64,000 nucleotides of DNA from an uncultured Actinomycetota bacterium (GCA_963742715.1 CAVUMR010000003.1:320314-384313); one strand, 5' to 3'. Counted from the stretch's first letter, positions 10,313 through 19,822 are shown. Notes: generated from the sequence alone by a model not told the origin. Made by a program: numbers and translations.

Positions 10313-10368
10313 TCCCCGAGCCGGCGGCGCGACCGGCTGATCCCCGAGCCGGCGGCGCGACCGGCTGA
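10293..10368 (+). repeat. 28-nt tandem repeat x2.7 that spans the stop codon of the pmbA-like gene
   Basis: CCGGCGGCGCG(G/A)CCGGCTGATCCCCGAG occurs at 10293-10320 and 10321-10348, with a partial copy at 10349-10368. The first copy contains the TGA at 10310-10312. Confidence 0.85.
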
Positions 10369-10663
10369 CCCACTCCACCCAGAACGGTATAAAACGCTGT
10401 ACTCCGGGCGTACCCCATCGGATCTGTTCAGGTCGGGCGGGCCGGACCGGCCGTGCGGGCGCCCGGTTTGCCCGGTGCCGGGCCGGCCACGCGCTCCGGA
10501 CCTGCGACGTCACAGCCGCGACTCCCTGCGCACCACGTCAGGTCGGCGCGGCGTAACGTGTGCACGCGTGTGAACGCGGCGCGGCCGATCCGGTAACGCC
10601 ATGCGACCGGTACCGGCAACGCGACGCCATTGGCTGCGCATTCCATCAGGGAGCAATAGCGCG

Positions 10664-11485
10664 ATGACAACCACGGCAACGGAGCCGACGCAACCGGCCG
10701 GTGCCAAGGCGCGGGCCGCGATCGCGGCCCGCACTCTGCGTACCGACCGCTGGTGGCTTCCCCCGCTACTGACAGTTCTCGGACTGACCGCCTGGGTGCT
10801 GTACGCGGTGATCCGGACGGCCACCCAGAAGTACTACTGGGTCGAGGACTACCACTACCTCACCCCGTTCTCGTCCCCCTGCCTGTCCGAGAGCTGCGTA
10901 CCCGGCTCCAGCCACTTCGGCGAGGTACTGCCGAAGTTCCCGCCGCTGTTCCCGCTGGCGGCGGTGAGCCTGCCGTTCCTGCTCGGCTTCCGGCTCACCT
11001 GTTACTACTACCGGCGGGCGTACTACCGGTCGTTCTGGCTGTCCCCGCCGGCGTGCGCGGTCGCCGAGCCGCACAAGAAGTACACCGGTGAGACGCGGTT
11101 CCCGCTGGTCATCCAGAACTCGCACCGGTACTTCTTCTACGCCGCGTTCGTGATCTCGCTCATCAACACGTACGACGCGATCGTCGCGTTCCACGGCAAG
11201 GGCGGCGGGTTCGGCTTCGGCCTGGGCAACGTCATCCTGCTGGTCAACGTGCTGCTGCTCTGGGCGTACACGCTGTCCTGCCACTCCTGCCGGAGCCTCA
11301 TGGGCGGGCGGCTGAACCACTTCTCCAAGCATCCGATCCGGTACTGGATGTGGCTGCGGATCTCCACGCTGAACGCCAAGCACATGCAGCTGGCGTGGAT
11401 CACCCTGCTGACCCTGGCGATCACGGATGCGTACATCGGACTGGTGTCCGCTGGCACCATCTCCGACCTGCGCTTCTACCACTGA
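10664..11485 (+). CDS. succinate dehydrogenase/fumarate reductase membrane anchor, Sdh1 type (Rv0249c-like)
   Basis: ATG at 10664 with a CAGGGAG SD. It is 273 aa, polytopic and Cys-rich (SPCLSESC, SCHSC). It sits directly upstream of, and overlaps (TGATG), the flavoprotein gene, the same order as the Mtb Rv0249c-Rv0247c operon as I remember it. Confidence 0.75.
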   Translation: MTTTATEPTQPAGAKARAAIAARTLRTDRWWLPPLLTVLGLTAWVLYAVIRTATQKYYWVEDYHYLTPFSSPCLSESCVPGSSHFGEVLPKFPPLFPLAAVSLPFLLGFRLTCYYYRRAYYRSFWLSPPACAVAEPHKKYTGETRFPLVIQNSHRYFFYAAFVISLINTYDAIVAFHGKGGGFGFGLGNVILLVNVLLLWAYTLSCHSCRSLMGGRLNHFSKHPIRYWMWLRISTLNAKHMQLAWITLLTLAITDAYIGLVSAGTISDLRFYH

Positions 11486-13485
11486 TGGCTGCTGTGACCG
11501 AGGTGACCGAGACGATGACTGAGATCGAGCGGCACTCCTTCGACGTCGTGGTGATCGGCGCCGGTGGCGCCGGACTGCGCGCCGCGATCGAGGCCCGGCT
11601 CGCCGGCAAGCGCACCGCGATCGTGTGCAAGTCGCTGTTCGGCAAGGCGCACACGGTGATGGCCGAGGGTGGCGCCGCCGCGGCGATGGGGAACATGAAC
11701 CCCAACGACAACTGGATGGTGCACTTCCGGGACACCATGCGCGGCGGAAAGTTCCTCAACCACTGGCGGATGGCCGAGCTGCACGCCAAGGAGGCCCCGG
11801 ACCGGATCTGGGAGCTGGAGACCTACGGCGCGCTGTTCGACCGGACCCCGGACGGGAGGATCAGCCAGCGCAACTTCGGCGGCCACGAGTACCCCCGGCT
11901 CGCGCACGTCGGCGACCGCACCGGGCTGGAGCTCATCCGTACCCTGCAGCAGAAGGTCGTCTCCCTCCAGCAGGAGGACAAGGCGGTGACCGGGGAGTAC
12001 GAAGCCCGGCTGCAGGTCTTCGCCGAGTGCACGGTCACCGAACTGCTGCTCGACGGCGAGGGCGACGACCGGAAGGTCGCCGGTGCTTTCGGGTACTACC
12101 GGGAGAGCGGCGAGTTCGTGCTGTTCGAGGCGCCCGCGGTGGTGATCGCGACCGGCGGTATCGGCAAGTCCTTCCAGGTCACCAGCAACTCCTGGGAGTA
12201 CACCGGGGACGGGCACGCACTCGCGCTGCGCGCTGGCGGCACGCTGGTCAACATGGAGTTCGTCCAGTTCCACCCGACCGGCATGGTCTGGCCGCCGTCG
12301 GTACGCGGCATCCTGGTGACCGAGTCGGTACGCGGTGACGGTGGCGTGCTGCGCAACTCCGACGGCAAGCGGTTCATGTTCGACTACGTGCCGGACGTGT
12401 TCCGCAAGCAGTACGCGGAGACCGAAGAGGAAGCCGACCGGTGGTACGAGGATCCGGACCACAACCGGCGACCACCTGAGCTGCTCCCCCGCGACGAGGT
12501 CGCCCGGGCGATCAACTCCGAGGTCAAGGCCGGTCGCGGCTCACCCCGGGGCGGCGTCTTCCTGGACATCGCGTCCCGCCGTTCGGCCGAGTTCATCCAC
12601 AAGCGGCTGCCGTCCATGCACCACCAGTTCAAGGAACTGGCCGACGTGGACATCACGGCCGAGCCGATGGAGGTCGGGCCCACCTGCCACTACGTGATGG
12701 GTGGCGTCGAGGTGGACCCGGACACCGGGGCCGCCGCGGTCGCCGGCCTGTTCGCGGCCGGTGAGTCGTCCGGCGGCATGCACGGCTCGAACCGGCTCGG
12801 CGGCAACTCGCTGTCCGACCTGCTGGTGTTCGGCAAGCGCGCCGGTGAGTCCGCCGCCGCGTACGCCGACGGGCTGGCCAGTCGCCCGGCGGTGACCGAG
12901 CAGATGCTGGCCGCGGCGACCGAGTCGGCGCTGGCCCCGTTCGCCAACGAGGGTGGCGAGAACCCGTTCGCGCTGCAGAGCGAGCTGCAGCAGATGATGC
13001 ACGAGCTGGTCGGCATCATCCGGCGGGAAGGCGAGCTGACCGAGGCGATCGAGAAGCTGGTCGGGCTCGCCGATCGGGTCAACAAGGTGGGCGCGATCGG
13101 TGGCCGGCGGTACAACCCGAGCTGGCACACCGCGCTGGACCTGCGCAACATGCTGCTGGTCAGTGAGTGCGTGGCGAAGGCGGCGCTGGAGCGGACCGAG
13201 AGCCGCGGCGGGCACACCCGCGAGGACCACCCCGGCATGGATCCGAAGTGGCGCAAGCTGAACCTGATCTGCTCGGTCGATAACGGCCCTGGGAGCAGCG
13301 GCGTCACCATCACCCGCAAGCCGGTACCGACCATGCCGGCCGAGCTGATGCAGCTGTTCGACCGGGCCGAGCTCGGCAAGTACCTGACCGACGAGGAGCT
13401 GGCGGAGTTCGATGCCGCCGTCGGGGGTGAGGCCGCCGCGGCCGTTCCCGCCGGTACCGGCACGGACCAGAAGGGCGAGAAGTAG
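11485..13485 (+). CDS. sdhA: succinate dehydrogenase/fumarate reductase flavoprotein subunit
   Basis: FAD-binding GxGxxG motif (VVVIGAGGAGLRAAIE), HPTG, a catalytic region (ESRGGHTREDHP), 666 aa. Confidence 0.9.
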   Translation: MAAVTEVTETMTEIERHSFDVVVIGAGGAGLRAAIEARLAGKRTAIVCKSLFGKAHTVMAEGGAAAAMGNMNPNDNWMVHFRDTMRGGKFLNHWRMAELHAKEAPDRIWELETYGALFDRTPDGRISQRNFGGHEYPRLAHVGDRTGLELIRTLQQKVVSLQQEDKAVTGEYEARLQVFAECTVTELLLDGEGDDRKVAGAFGYYRESGEFVLFEAPAVVIATGGIGKSFQVTSNSWEYTGDGHALALRAGGTLVNMEFVQFHPTGMVWPPSVRGILVTESVRGDGGVLRNSDGKRFMFDYVPDVFRKQYAETEEEADRWYEDPDHNRRPPELLPRDEVARAINSEVKAGRGSPRGGVFLDIASRRSAEFIHKRLPSMHHQFKELADVDITAEPMEVGPTCHYVMGGVEVDPDTGAAAVAGLFAAGESSGGMHGSNRLGGNSLSDLLVFGKRAGESAAAYADGLASRPAVTEQMLAAATESALAPFANEGGENPFALQSELQQMMHELVGIIRREGELTEAIEKLVGLADRVNKVGAIGGRRYNPSWHTALDLRNMLLVSECVAKAALERTESRGGHTREDHPGMDPKWRKLNLICSVDNGPGSSGVTITRKPVPTMPAELMQLFDRAELGKYLTDEELAEFDAAVGGEAAAAVPAGTGTDQKGEK

Positions 13486-14295
13486 ATGGGTACGATGCGC
13501 CGCTTCCGGATTTGGCGTGGCGACGACTCGGCCGGTGAGCTGACCGACTTCGACGTCGAGGTCAACGAGGGCGAAGTGGTCCTCGACGTGGTACATCGGC
13601 TGCAGGCGACCGACGCTCCCGATCTCGCGGTCCGGTGGAACTGCAAGGCCGGCAAGTGCGGCTCGTGCTCGGCCGAGATCAACGGCAAGCCACGGCTGAT
13701 GTGCATGACCCGGATGAACGTGTTCGCCGCGGACGAGACCGTCACGGTCACCCCGCTGCGTACCTTCCCGGTCATCCGCGACCTGGTCACCGACGTGTCC
13801 TTCAACTACGAGAAGGCGCGCGAGATGCCGGCCTTCGCACCGCCGCCGGGGGTCGCGCCGGGCGAGTACCGGATGCAGCAGGTCGACGTGGAGCGCTCGC
13901 AGGAGTTCCGCAAGTGCATCGAGTGCTTCCTGTGCCAGAACACCTGCCACGTCGTACGTGACCACGAGGAGAACAAGCCCGCCTTCTCCGGGCCGCGGCT
14001 GTTCATCCGGGCCGCCGAGCTGGACATGCACCCGCTCGACGCCAACGACGACCGCAAGGAGTTCGCGCAGGCGAGCCAGGGCCTCGGGCTCTGCAACATC
14101 ACCAAGTGCTGTACCGAGGTCTGCCCCGAGCACATCAAGATCACCGACAACGCGATCATCCCGATGAAGGAGCGCGTGGTCGACAACAAGTACGACCCGC
14201 TGGTGTGGCTCGGGCGGAAGATCTTCCGTCGCGGCGCCGACCCGTCGTCCGCCGAAGCTGTCTCCTCGGACGCGTCGGCCGGCCGGAGCGAGTAG
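13486..14295 (+). CDS. sdhB: succinate dehydrogenase/fumarate reductase iron-sulfur subunit
   Basis: 2Fe-2S cysteines (CKAGKCGSCSAEINGKPRLMC) and 4Fe-4S/3Fe-4S clusters (CIECFLCQNTC, CNITKCCTEVCP). Confidence 0.9.
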   Translation: MGTMRRFRIWRGDDSAGELTDFDVEVNEGEVVLDVVHRLQATDAPDLAVRWNCKAGKCGSCSAEINGKPRLMCMTRMNVFAADETVTVTPLRTFPVIRDLVTDVSFNYEKAREMPAFAPPPGVAPGEYRMQQVDVERSQEFRKCIECFLCQNTCHVVRDHEENKPAFSGPRLFIRAAELDMHPLDANDDRKEFAQASQGLGLCNITKCCTEVCPEHIKITDNAIIPMKERVVDNKYDPLVWLGRKIFRRGADPSSAEAVSSDASAGRSE

Positions 14296-14309
14296 CTACC
14301 GAATCAGGC

Positions 14310-14882
14310 TCAGGTGCCGCCCGCCAACCGGCGGGCGGCACTGAGGTACCGGCGGGTGATCACTCGTACGCCGAGGCGCAGGATCGGTGAACCGAGCCGG
14401 GAGTACCACCGGGCCGGCCGGCTGAACGACGTGACGGTGAACCAGACCGCGTCGGTGTCGTCCCGCTCGACTACGAACGCCTCCTCGCCAGACTCCGGAT
14501 GTCCGGGCAGCGTGCCGTAGCCGAAGCCGACCCGCCGGTCCTGCTCGACCGTCCACACGACCCGGCACGGAGCCGGCAGCCGCAGCCCGCCGAATCCGAC
14601 GCTGGACACCACGTACGCGCCCCGGCGCACCCGCTGGTCGGACGCGCTCACCCGCAGACCCGCCCCGCGCAGCACGTCCCAGCGCATCAGCCCGTCGGCG
14701 ACCGCGGTGAACGCCGCCGGCCCGTCGCCGACCCGGGTACGCCGTCGCAGGTGCGAGTAGCCGGCCGGCAGTTGGCCGTCCCTGGTGGCGCCCAGCTCCG
14801 GGTAGGTCGGTTCACCGGTCGGTCCACTATCCCTTCCACCGGAGTTCCTACCGGCGTTTCTACCGGTCGTGCGGCGGATCAT
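14310..14882 (-). CDS. DUF1990 family protein
   Basis: TYPELGATRDGQLPAGY... is the DUF1990 N-terminal signature as I remember it. Start chosen at ATG 14882; earlier in-frame starts would overlap the NUDIX gene more, and no start codon exists between 14882 and the conserved motif. Confidence 0.65.
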   Translation of the reverse strand: MIRRTTGRNAGRNSGGRDSGPTGEPTYPELGATRDGQLPAGYSHLRRRTRVGDGPAAFTAVADGLMRWDVLRGAGLRVSASDQRVRRGAYVVSSVGFGGLRLPAPCRVVWTVEQDRRVGFGYGTLPGHPESGEEAFVVERDDTDAVWFTVTSFSRPARWYSRLGSPILRLGVRVITRRYLSAARRLAGGT

Positions 14883-15453
14883 CGTCCGGGCCACCTCCAC
14901 CGTGGTCGCTGGGGCCGCTACTGGCGCTGTGGTTTCCGGGGTCGCCGCGGTCTCCGTTGTCACTGTGGTCGAGGATCGGGCGCAGCGCGCGTACCAACGG
15001 GGCGTCGGCCGGCAGCCACGGCACGTCGTCCAACTCGTCGATGCCGAGCCAGCGCAGTTCCGCGTGGTCGTACGGCTGCGGCTCCCCGCCCACCAGTCGC
15101 GCCGCGAACAGCCGGAGTACGGCCCGACCGTGCCGGAGCAGCACGTCCGTACCGATCCGGTCGCCGATCTCGATCTGTACGCCCAACTCCTCGACGCACT
15201 CCCGGATCAGCGCTTCGTGCTCGGACTCCCCCGGCTCGACCTTGCCGCCCGGGAACTCCCACATGCCGGCCATCGCCGGGGGCTCCGACCGCGCCCCGGC
15301 GAGTACCCGGCCGGCAGAGATGATGGCCGCCCCCACGATCACTCTCGGTGGTTCCGACTCGCCGTCGGGTGATGCCGGGGCACCGGCCGGCTCGTCCGCT
15401 ACCGGCGCGGCCGGGCCGCTGTCGGGGCTGCCAACCGGCGCGGGTACGGGCAT
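14860..15453 (-). CDS. NUDIX hydrolase (MutT-like)
   Basis: Nudix box GMWEFPGGKVEPGESEHEALIRECVEELG. Start placed at ATG 15453, because codons between 15454 and 15630 have clearly lower third-position GC (ttt, aaa, ggt, gat, cgt). ATG 15630 is an alternative. Confidence 0.7.
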   Translation of the reverse strand: MPVPAPVGSPDSGPAAPVADEPAGAPASPDGESEPPRVIVGAAIISAGRVLAGARSEPPAMAGMWEFPGGKVEPGESEHEALIRECVEELGVQIEIGDRIGTDVLLRHGRAVLRLFAARLVGGEPQPYDHAELRWLGIDELDDVPWLPADAPLVRALRPILDHSDNGDRGDPGNHSASSGPSDHGGGGPDDDPPHDR

Positions 15454-15727
15454 GGTGGAGCCGTCGCCCCTCTGCTGCTGTACGGGCACCAGCGGATGGT
15501 CGACGTCGGAGTGCGGGCCACGCCCGGTCGGTTCGTTGTACACGGCGCTCAAGAGTGCCAGATGCCGCTCGAATTCCCGCCGTGCGTCGTCACGATCCGT
15601 ACCTTTCGTCGGAAAAGTGAGCCTGGACATCACAGGATGGTAACGGGGAGACTCGTGCCACTGGCCATGAAACCAGGCGACCGGCTGGTCAGCGTTGATC
15701 ACACCGGTCCGCCCCGGAGGTACGCGT

Positions 15728-16021
15728 ATGACGAGGTTCAGCGAAGAGATACTGCGAGACGCACTCGCACGACTCAACGGCTGGACTGGCGACTCGCACG
15801 AGTTGCACCGAAGACTTCCGCTCAACGACGGGCAGCACCGCGACCTGACCGAGCGCGTCAAGGTGTACGCGGACGCCATGCGACTTCGCCCGGACATCAA
15901 GCGGGTGGACGGCAGTACCCACATCCGGGTGCGCGCCATCGACGGCGGCCCGGTGACCACCACCGAGGTGGCGCTCGCCGCCCGGATCGAGGACGCCTAC
16001 CGGGTCGTCACCGACGCCTGA
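15728..16021 (+). CDS. PCD/DCoH-fold protein, degenerate paralogue of pterin-4a-carbinolamine dehydratase
   Basis: ATG 15728 with a GGAGG SD 7 nt upstream. ARLNGWTG...LRPDIKRVDGSTHIRVRAIDGGPVTTTEVALAARIE is collinear with LPGWSG...[35 protein letters not shown] of the gene at 7142, but HHP is replaced by LRP. Confidence 0.6.
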   Translation: MTRFSEEILRDALARLNGWTGDSHELHRRLPLNDGQHRDLTERVKVYADAMRLRPDIKRVDGSTHIRVRAIDGGPVTTTEVALAARIEDAYRVVTDA

Positions 16022-16026
16022 CCGCG

Positions 16027-17835
16027 CTACGCCCTGCCCGTCAGGCCGCGCCAGCGTGCCTTCAGCGGCAGCGACGAGGCCTTGAGGCGCAGCCACGAGC
16101 GCCGGCGGGGCGCGAGGAACACCGCCCCGAGCGCGATCAGCACCACTCCGACCAGCGCGGTACGGGCGACCGGTGACCCCGTGACGGGGATGGCCGCACC
16201 GCCGGTGACCGTCGCGGTGTACTGCCCGATGGCGGACTGCCCGAAGGAGTCGGTGATGCGGTACCGGACCGCGGGCGCAGTACCGGCGAAGCTGTCGACC
16301 GGCGTGAACGTGATCGTGGCGGTGGAACTGGTCGGACCGACCGCCCGGACCTGGGCGGCGGCGGGCGCGGCGACAGGCGCCTGCCCGCCGACCAACGTGT
16401 AGCTGCCGACGTCCGGGATGGTCCAGCTGGTCACCGCGTGGGAAGCCGGGTCGAGCAGGGTCACCGAGCCAGCGGGCGGCACCGTGACGGTGACCGACTG
16501 GCCACCCGCCGCCGACGTCTCCAGGGCGGGCGCGGTGGGCACCGGCGGCTCCAGCACCATCAGGGCGTACCCGCGGTCCACCGACTCGCCGTCGGAGTTG
16601 GTGACCCGGAAGGTGATCGCGCCGACGTCTCCGGCGACACCGATTGTCGGTGTGAACGTCACCTGCTCGGCATCCTGATCCGCGCTGTACGTGCCCCGCC
16701 CGTCGATGACGATCTGGGGGACCTCGAAGCCGTCCAGATCGACGAGGGTCAACGTGCCGCCCGCTGGTACGTCCACGTCAATGTGCTGGATAGCCGGGCC
16801 GACGGCGCTGGTGAACTCCGACTGGCTCAATGTCGGGTCGATGATCAGCGTCTGCTCATCGGTCGCGCTGGCCTGCGTGTCCGCGTCGACGACCTTGGCC
16901 TTGACGGTGTACTGCGCGTCGTCGGCCAGACGCGGGTCGGGAGTGACCGTCCACTTGCCGTCCTGCACCGTGGCCGTCTCGGTCTGGTGGCCGTCCAGCA
17001 GGGCCTGCTGCCGGATCGTCACGGTCACCGTGCTGCCGTCCGGCGCGTCGGTGGTACCCGCGATCGGCGGCGCGGCGTTGCCGACCGACACCTGATCGCC
17101 ACCGTAGATGTCCAGTGTCGGCCCGGTGAGGACATGTACCACGAGGGTGGTCTCGTCGGTACCCCCGTTGCCGTCCTCGACCGTGATGTGCGCGGTCGTG
17201 TCGCCGGCCGTGGTCGCCTCGCCGGTGAAGCTGCCGTCGTCCTCGAGCGTGATGCCGGCCGGCACCGTGCCGGTGCTCAGCGAGTAGGTCAGCGTGTCCT
17301 CGTCGCCATCGGCGGCTACCACCGCATCCAGCGGATCTCCCACGGAGATCGTCTGCTCGGTGTTCGCCGCCGCATCGGTGAACGCCGGATCCTCATTGGG
17401 CAGGTACGTGAACTGGGATGCCATCGAGGTCGTGGAGGTGCCGTCCCCGGTTGTCACCGTGACGTTCACCAGCCCCGCCGCGTGGGCCGGGCTGGTCGCC
17501 ACGATCGTCGTGTCGGTCAGGCTGTCCGAGTTGTACGTGGCCTCGACCGTGCCGAAGTGGACCGCGGTCGTCCCGGTGAACGCGGACCCGGTGATCGTCA
17601 CCTGGGTGCCGCCGGCGGCTGGTCCGTTCACCGGGCTCACCCCCGTCACCACGGGGTCCCCGTCCGTCAGCGTCCGTATGGACGGGTAGTAGCCACCGGG
17701 CGTCGCGGCCGCCGCGCCGCTCCAGCCGAGCGTCAGGCCGGAGGCGACCCCGAGCAACACCGTCGCGGCGACAACCAGGGTGCGGTAGTGGCGGCCGATC
17801 TGCCGGCCACGCCGCCCGAAGACATGCGACAGCAC
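16027..17835 (-). CDS. secreted surface protein with IPT/TIG and Ig-like repeats and a sortase-like C-terminal signal
   Basis: GTG start and a signal peptide (..GWSGAAAATP). IPT domain (VTGVSPVNGPAAGGTQVTITGSAFTG..VNVTVTT), Ig-like repeats (DTLTYSLSTGTVPAGITLEDDGSFTG), and a C-terminal IPVTG followed by a hydrophobic helix and RRRS. Confidence 0.75.
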   Translation of the reverse strand: MLSHVFGRRGRQIGRHYRTLVVAATVLLGVASGLTLGWSGAAAATPGGYYPSIRTLTDGDPVVTGVSPVNGPAAGGTQVTITGSAFTGTTAVHFGTVEATYNSDSLTDTTIVATSPAHAAGLVNVTVTTGDGTSTTSMASQFTYLPNEDPAFTDAAANTEQTISVGDPLDAVVAADGDEDTLTYSLSTGTVPAGITLEDDGSFTGEATTAGDTTAHITVEDGNGGTDETTLVVHVLTGPTLDIYGGDQVSVGNAAPPIAGTTDAPDGSTVTVTIRQQALLDGHQTETATVQDGKWTVTPDPRLADDAQYTVKAKVVDADTQASATDEQTLIIDPTLSQSEFTSAVGPAIQHIDVDVPAGGTLTLVDLDGFEVPQIVIDGRGTYSADQDAEQVTFTPTIGVAGDVGAITFRVTNSDGESVDRGYALMVLEPPVPTAPALETSAAGGQSVTVTVPPAGSVTLLDPASHAVTSWTIPDVGSYTLVGGQAPVAAPAAAQVRAVGPTSSTATITFTPVDSFAGTAPAVRYRITDSFGQSAIGQYTATVTGGAAIPVTGSPVARTALVGVVLIALGAVFLAPRRRSWLRLKASSLPLKARWRGLTGRA

Positions 17836-17973
17836 GATTCCGTACCCCGTTCCTAGGCTCTACCCGTAGACACCGGCATAACGATACGCACAGAGTTCAG
17901 TTACGGGGAGTCATCGCCACTGGTACCAGAGGGGTTGTCATGAAGTGTCAGACCCCGATCCGACAATCGAGGT

Positions 17974-18606
17974 ATGGATGACGAACAGCCGGATCCCGCC
18001 GAGGTAGCGGCCTGGCGCGAGATAACCACCATTCGCGGCCTCGGGGACCTGACCGCGCAATGGCTCGAGGGTCAGCTCAGGTACGGCGGGCCGAACAACG
18101 GTGGTTACCGGCCCGACCACGAGACCGCGTCGCTCGTGCCGGCGCTGGCGGCAATGAACCGTGCCGGCTTCGCCACCGAGTTCTCCCAACCCGGCGAGGT
18201 TCGCGGCTCGTGGCTGCAGCGCGCCGCGGTATCGGGATTCTGCGACGCACGGACCGCCGAGGTACTGGAAGCCGCCTGTCTGGCGACGGAGCTGATCTGC
18301 CTGGTGTATCCGCCGGGAGTCGACGTTCCGGTGGACCTTCCGGTCTCCCGCGACGGCGGCCGGGCGTACACCGGGGCCGGCATGAGCGTCGGAGTCGGGG
18401 AGATCGTCCAGCTCTGGGCCGGCACCTGTTCGTACGAGCTGGCACAGGCGCTGGCCAACTCCCACCAGGTGACGATCATCGATCCCGCGTGGGGACGCGA
18501 TGACCTGCTGTGGCCGGCTGTACTTCAGGCGCTCGACGCGTACGGCAGGCTTCGGCAGCAGCTCAGCGAGGATGAGCTCGCGGAGCTGGACGGCGTCAGA
18601 CGTTGA
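17974..18606 (+). CDS. conserved actinobacterial hypothetical protein
   Basis: 210-aa ORF with protein-like composition and high third-position GC. I cannot name a family with confidence. Its 3' end overlaps the ychF 3' end by 11 nt (convergent). Confidence 0.55.
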   Translation: MDDEQPDPAEVAAWREITTIRGLGDLTAQWLEGQLRYGGPNNGGYRPDHETASLVPALAAMNRAGFATEFSQPGEVRGSWLQRAAVSGFCDARTAEVLEAACLATELICLVYPPGVDVPVDLPVSRDGGRAYTGAGMSVGVGEIVQLWAGTCSYELAQALANSHQVTIIDPAWGRDDLLWPAVLQALDAYGRLRQQLSEDELAELDGVRR

Positions 18607-19669
18607 AGCGGAACTCGACCACGTCACCGTCGGACATGACGTAGTCCTTGCCCTCGATGCGTGCCTTGCCGCGCGAGCGCGCCTCGGCCATCGACCCGGC
18701 CGCGACCACGTCCTCGTACGAGACGATCTCGGCCTTGATGAAGCCGCGCTGGAAGTCGGTGTGGATCGCGCCGGCGGCCTCCGGCGCGGTGGCGCCGCGG
18801 CGGATCGTCCAGGCCCGGGACTCCTTCGGGCCGGCGGTGAGGAACGTCTGCAGCCCCAGCGTGCTGAACCCGACCCGGGCAAGCTGGTCGAGGCCGGACT
18901 CCTCCTGGCCCACCGACTGCAGCAGCTCCAGCGCCTCGTCCGGCGGCAGTTCGATCAGCTCCGACTCGATCTTCGCGTCCAGGAAGATCGCCTCTGCCGG
19001 GGCTACCAGCTTGGCCAGCTCCTCCCGGGTGGCGGCGTCGGTGAGCTGCTCCTCGTCGACGTTGAAGACGTACAGGAACGGCTTGGCGGTCAGCAGTTGG
19101 AGATCCCGCAGCGGCTCCAGGTCGAGCCCGGCCGCGAACACCGTCTGCCCGCCGTCGAGCACCTCGCGGGCCCGTTCCACCGCGGCCACGACCGGCTGCT
19201 TGTCCTTGACCATCCGGGATTCCTTGGCCAACCGCGGCAGCGCCCGGTCGATGGTCTGCAGGTCGGCCAGGATCAGCTCGGTGTTGATCGTGGCGATGTC
19301 GTCGGCCGGCGCCACCCGCCCGTCCACGTGCGCGACGTCCGGGTCGTGGAAGGCCCGGATCACCTGGCAGATCGCGTTCGCCTCGCGGATGTTGGCGAGG
19401 AACTTGTTGCCGAGCCCCTGACCCTCGCTGGCGCCCTTGACCAGGCCGGCGATGTCCACGAACGTCACGGTCGCCGGCACCGTACGGGCCGACTCGAAGA
19501 CCCGGCTCAGCACGTCCAGCCGCGGGTCCGGCACCCCCACCACACCGACGTTGGGCTCGATGGTCGCGAACGGATAGTTCTCGGCCAGGACGTTGTTGCG
19601 CGTCAATGCGTTGAACAGGGTGCTCTTGCCGACGTTGGGCAGGCCGACGATGCCGATGGTGAGGCTCAC
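18596..19669 (-). CDS. ychF: redox-regulated ATPase YchF
   Basis: MSLTIGIVGLPNVGKSTLFNALT (G1 motif) and a TGS-like C-terminus (DFQRGFIKAEIV), 357 aa. Confidence 0.95.
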   Translation of the reverse strand: MSLTIGIVGLPNVGKSTLFNALTRNNVLAENYPFATIEPNVGVVGVPDPRLDVLSRVFESARTVPATVTFVDIAGLVKGASEGQGLGNKFLANIREANAICQVIRAFHDPDVAHVDGRVAPADDIATINTELILADLQTIDRALPRLAKESRMVKDKQPVVAAVERAREVLDGGQTVFAAGLDLEPLRDLQLLTAKPFLYVFNVDEEQLTDAATREELAKLVAPAEAIFLDAKIESELIELPPDEALELLQSVGQEESGLDQLARVGFSTLGLQTFLTAGPKESRAWTIRRGATAPEAAGAIHTDFQRGFIKAEIVSYEDVVAAGSMAEARSRGKARIEGKDYVMSDGDVVEFRFNV

Positions 19670-19822
19670 GGCCGGCCAGTCTACGTGCGTACCGAATGGT
19701 GATCCCGGGCGCGTCCGAGCGTCCGGTCACCCCGGGAAGGCGACGATCTCGCAGCGCGGTCCGGTAGCCCGGGACAGCCGGGCTTCTAGGGTCACCAGTG
19801 GCGCTCCCAGCAACTGGCCGTC

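Noticed and set aside
10500-10600. A search for a CRP-type site upstream of the sdh operon, by analogy with reported CRP control of Sdh1 in mycobacteria.
   Set aside because: No 16-mer there comes close to TGTGA-N6-TCACA. Only an unrelated imperfect palindrome around GTGCAC is present.
17938-18882. 314-aa minus-strand ORF overlapping the hypothetical gene at 17974..18606 and ychF.
   Set aside because: It is Arg/Pro/Ala-rich, overlaps two better-supported genes and has no motif.
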